64,000 bases of DNA. Origin: Takakia lepidozioides. Its lineage: Eukaryota > Plantae > Bryophyta. Within the stretch, counting starts at the first letter, position 1; each line of letters begins with the position of its first letter. This document shows positions 62,224 through 64,000 of this stretch, one piece after another. The notes beneath the pieces are model-generated. The model saw only the letters and a list, made by a program, of their open reading frames with translations. It did not search any database and was not told where the DNA came from. Made by a program: the position numbers and the translations under genes. The DNA lies in NCBI GenBank assembly GCA_030704615.1, contig CM060732.1, positions 3,224,001-3,288,000 of the forward strand. The letters run 5' to 3'.

Positions 62224-64000
62224 TTTGACAGAAAGTTTTTGAACTAAGAGGGAGATGGTGGCAGGCCTCTTGCTAAGCGACGACTTGTCTATGGATCGAC
62301 TCTGTTTGCGGATGCAACCTGCTCTTTTTTGTATGCTACCAGACTTAGAACTTGACAAAGACATGCGTGACCACGCCCACAGAGGGGGGGGGGGGGGGGG
62401 AGGGGAAAGAATAGCTATATAGCGGGTGATGGCAGCGACGCAAGCAGAAGAGAGGTGTTTGGGACTGTCCGTGTTGCATTTTATAGGACGAGTGTTGATG
62501 TGGGTGTCATGTAGACATGTGATTAGCATTAGTGGATAGGTAGTGGTGTTGGGAGGGTGGCTTTTGCTGTAGGGCCAGCTTGAGCGGTGGAGGAGAGTAA
62601 GTATGGCCGCTGGCAGTTTACTGCCTGGCGGCGGTTGTAATGGATTGGCCTGGTGGAAGCGATTATGAGGCTTGCGCCATGTGCAGGGTGGGAGATGGGC
62701 ACCATTAGCAGAGCTTGGCAGGGGGAACGATAATTGTACGAGGAGGTGGATTGGCTGGTTAATGGATAGCGCTAATAAATCTGGTTTGAGGAAGTGATGA
62801 CACCTGATGGAGTGGTGGGGGCTGCGCATGCTGGTTTTGGGTTTAGATGTAATGTGCCGGAGAGCTGCATTTAGAAGGGTGCTGAATAATGGCTCTAGTT
62901 TGATGAGTGTGATGTTTAAGCCTGTGGGGTTAGCATGTGTGAGAGAGTGGTGATGAATGGGGAGTTGGCTACTGTTTGGGATTGTGATTAATGCCCAGTC
63001 AGATAATTGAATGGGACTGTCGAGTAAAAGTGGAGAGGAGGATTGTGAAGTAGTTGATTTTAACATGTGGAGGAGGAAGAGAGCAGTGTTGCATGATGTG
63101 AGGGTAGTTTGGTAGAGTTCGACGGACTGAGGCAGTTGTGATGGTGTGTCATGCCAAGAAAGAAATGGCTGGAGCAGCCACGTTGTGAGGGGAGGAGAAT
63201 GGCATAAGGCAGCGGGCTGCAATAGCCCGAATTCGAGAGAGAACTGTGTGGCGGTGGTGTGGTTATCTGCCAACAGACTGTAGAATTGGGGAGGTAGTGG
63301 GAGATTCCATGGGAAGTATAGACCATATGATGACAGCTAGAAGTGTAGAAGGAGGTCGTAATGTGAGGATGCTAGGTTAGGATGTGGGAAATCCACACAA
63401 ATGAGGGCACTAAATTTGTATGAGAGGGTAATGCCAGCCCTTGGGGCAGTGATGTACTCCTGTCAAAATAAATGAAAAGCATGTCAGTGAAGAGGCATTT
63501 TATTGGTGTTCTAGTGTGGGTTATTGGGTGAGAAGAGCACCTAGGGGGCTCTATTTTGGTGGGATGTGGGGGAGTATAGTGTGGGGGATGTATTTGAGGA
63601 GGGCTTGACACTTCTAGATGAGTATGTATGCTGGCGCGCAGGGAATGCAACTAAGAGCATCGGGGAGGGGGATTAATTGGGAGGGAAGGGGATGTGTTAT
63701 AGTGGGAGAAATCAGTAGTGAGCATATCACATGCTGGTGTGAGGTTGGTGAGGTTAGAACAATGTGGCTGGTATGTGGTATGTTGTAAGGTAAGTTTGTT
63801 TGTGGGGGAGGGGGCTAGCATGGGTAGCTGGGCGGAATTATGCTATGTTATTGTGGAGATATGTGAACAAATGCATGGAGGTGAGAGATATGAGTTTTGG
63901 TGGGGGATGGAAGCAGCGCCCCGAGGCGTCCCACCGTCTGGAGTATCATTGATAAGAAGAGATTTGCGTATATCATGTTTGGACCTCGATGAGGTGATGG

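Noticed and set aside
61825-63273. 482-aa ORF as a real protein
   Set aside because: The N-terminal two-thirds is L/P/H/S/T-rich, as expected from the C/A strand skew; only the part from 62223 looks plausible.

Overview
Eukaryotic, transposon-saturated DNA, most likely from a seed-free land plant (GT-AG introns; captured CSI1, class-B ARF-like and NRPB2 fragments; Galadriel- and Phygy/Tat-like Ty3 elements). No intact host gene is evident. Left to right: (1) 1-8045, a decayed Mutator-like element (family A) with a divergent pair of genes: an intron-rich ParB-like + N6/N4 amino-methyltransferase gene (-) and an internally deleted MULE-SWIM transposase (+), with 26-bp palindromes in its introns. 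(2) 8204-10646, a Ty3 accessory-ORF fragment. (3) 10647-33620, two pieces of a related giant Mutator-like family B: CATGAGC-rich inverted ends, a head-to-head pair of unknown paralogues, the ParB-MTase gene, a 53-bp-phased array of about 32 palindromes and a GCM-MULE-SWIM transposase. A truncated Galadriel chromovirus (15725-21012) separates the two pieces. (4) 33772-58472, a Phygy/Tat-like Ty3 element containing (5) a nested Ty3-type element at 44627-56508 with a C5 DNA methyltransferase, a PHD finger and host gene fragments. The nested element has a self-priming PBS and a circularly permuted A...B-A-B repeat layout, with a clean 4-bp TSD and ends cut at an internal GACA/GC/TGTC palindrome. 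(6) 58473-64000, strand-skewed degenerate sequence. The two strongest candidates for undescribed systems are the permuted DNMT retroelement and the ParB-MTase/palindrome-array Mutator. All family calls are by motif recognition; no searches were run.
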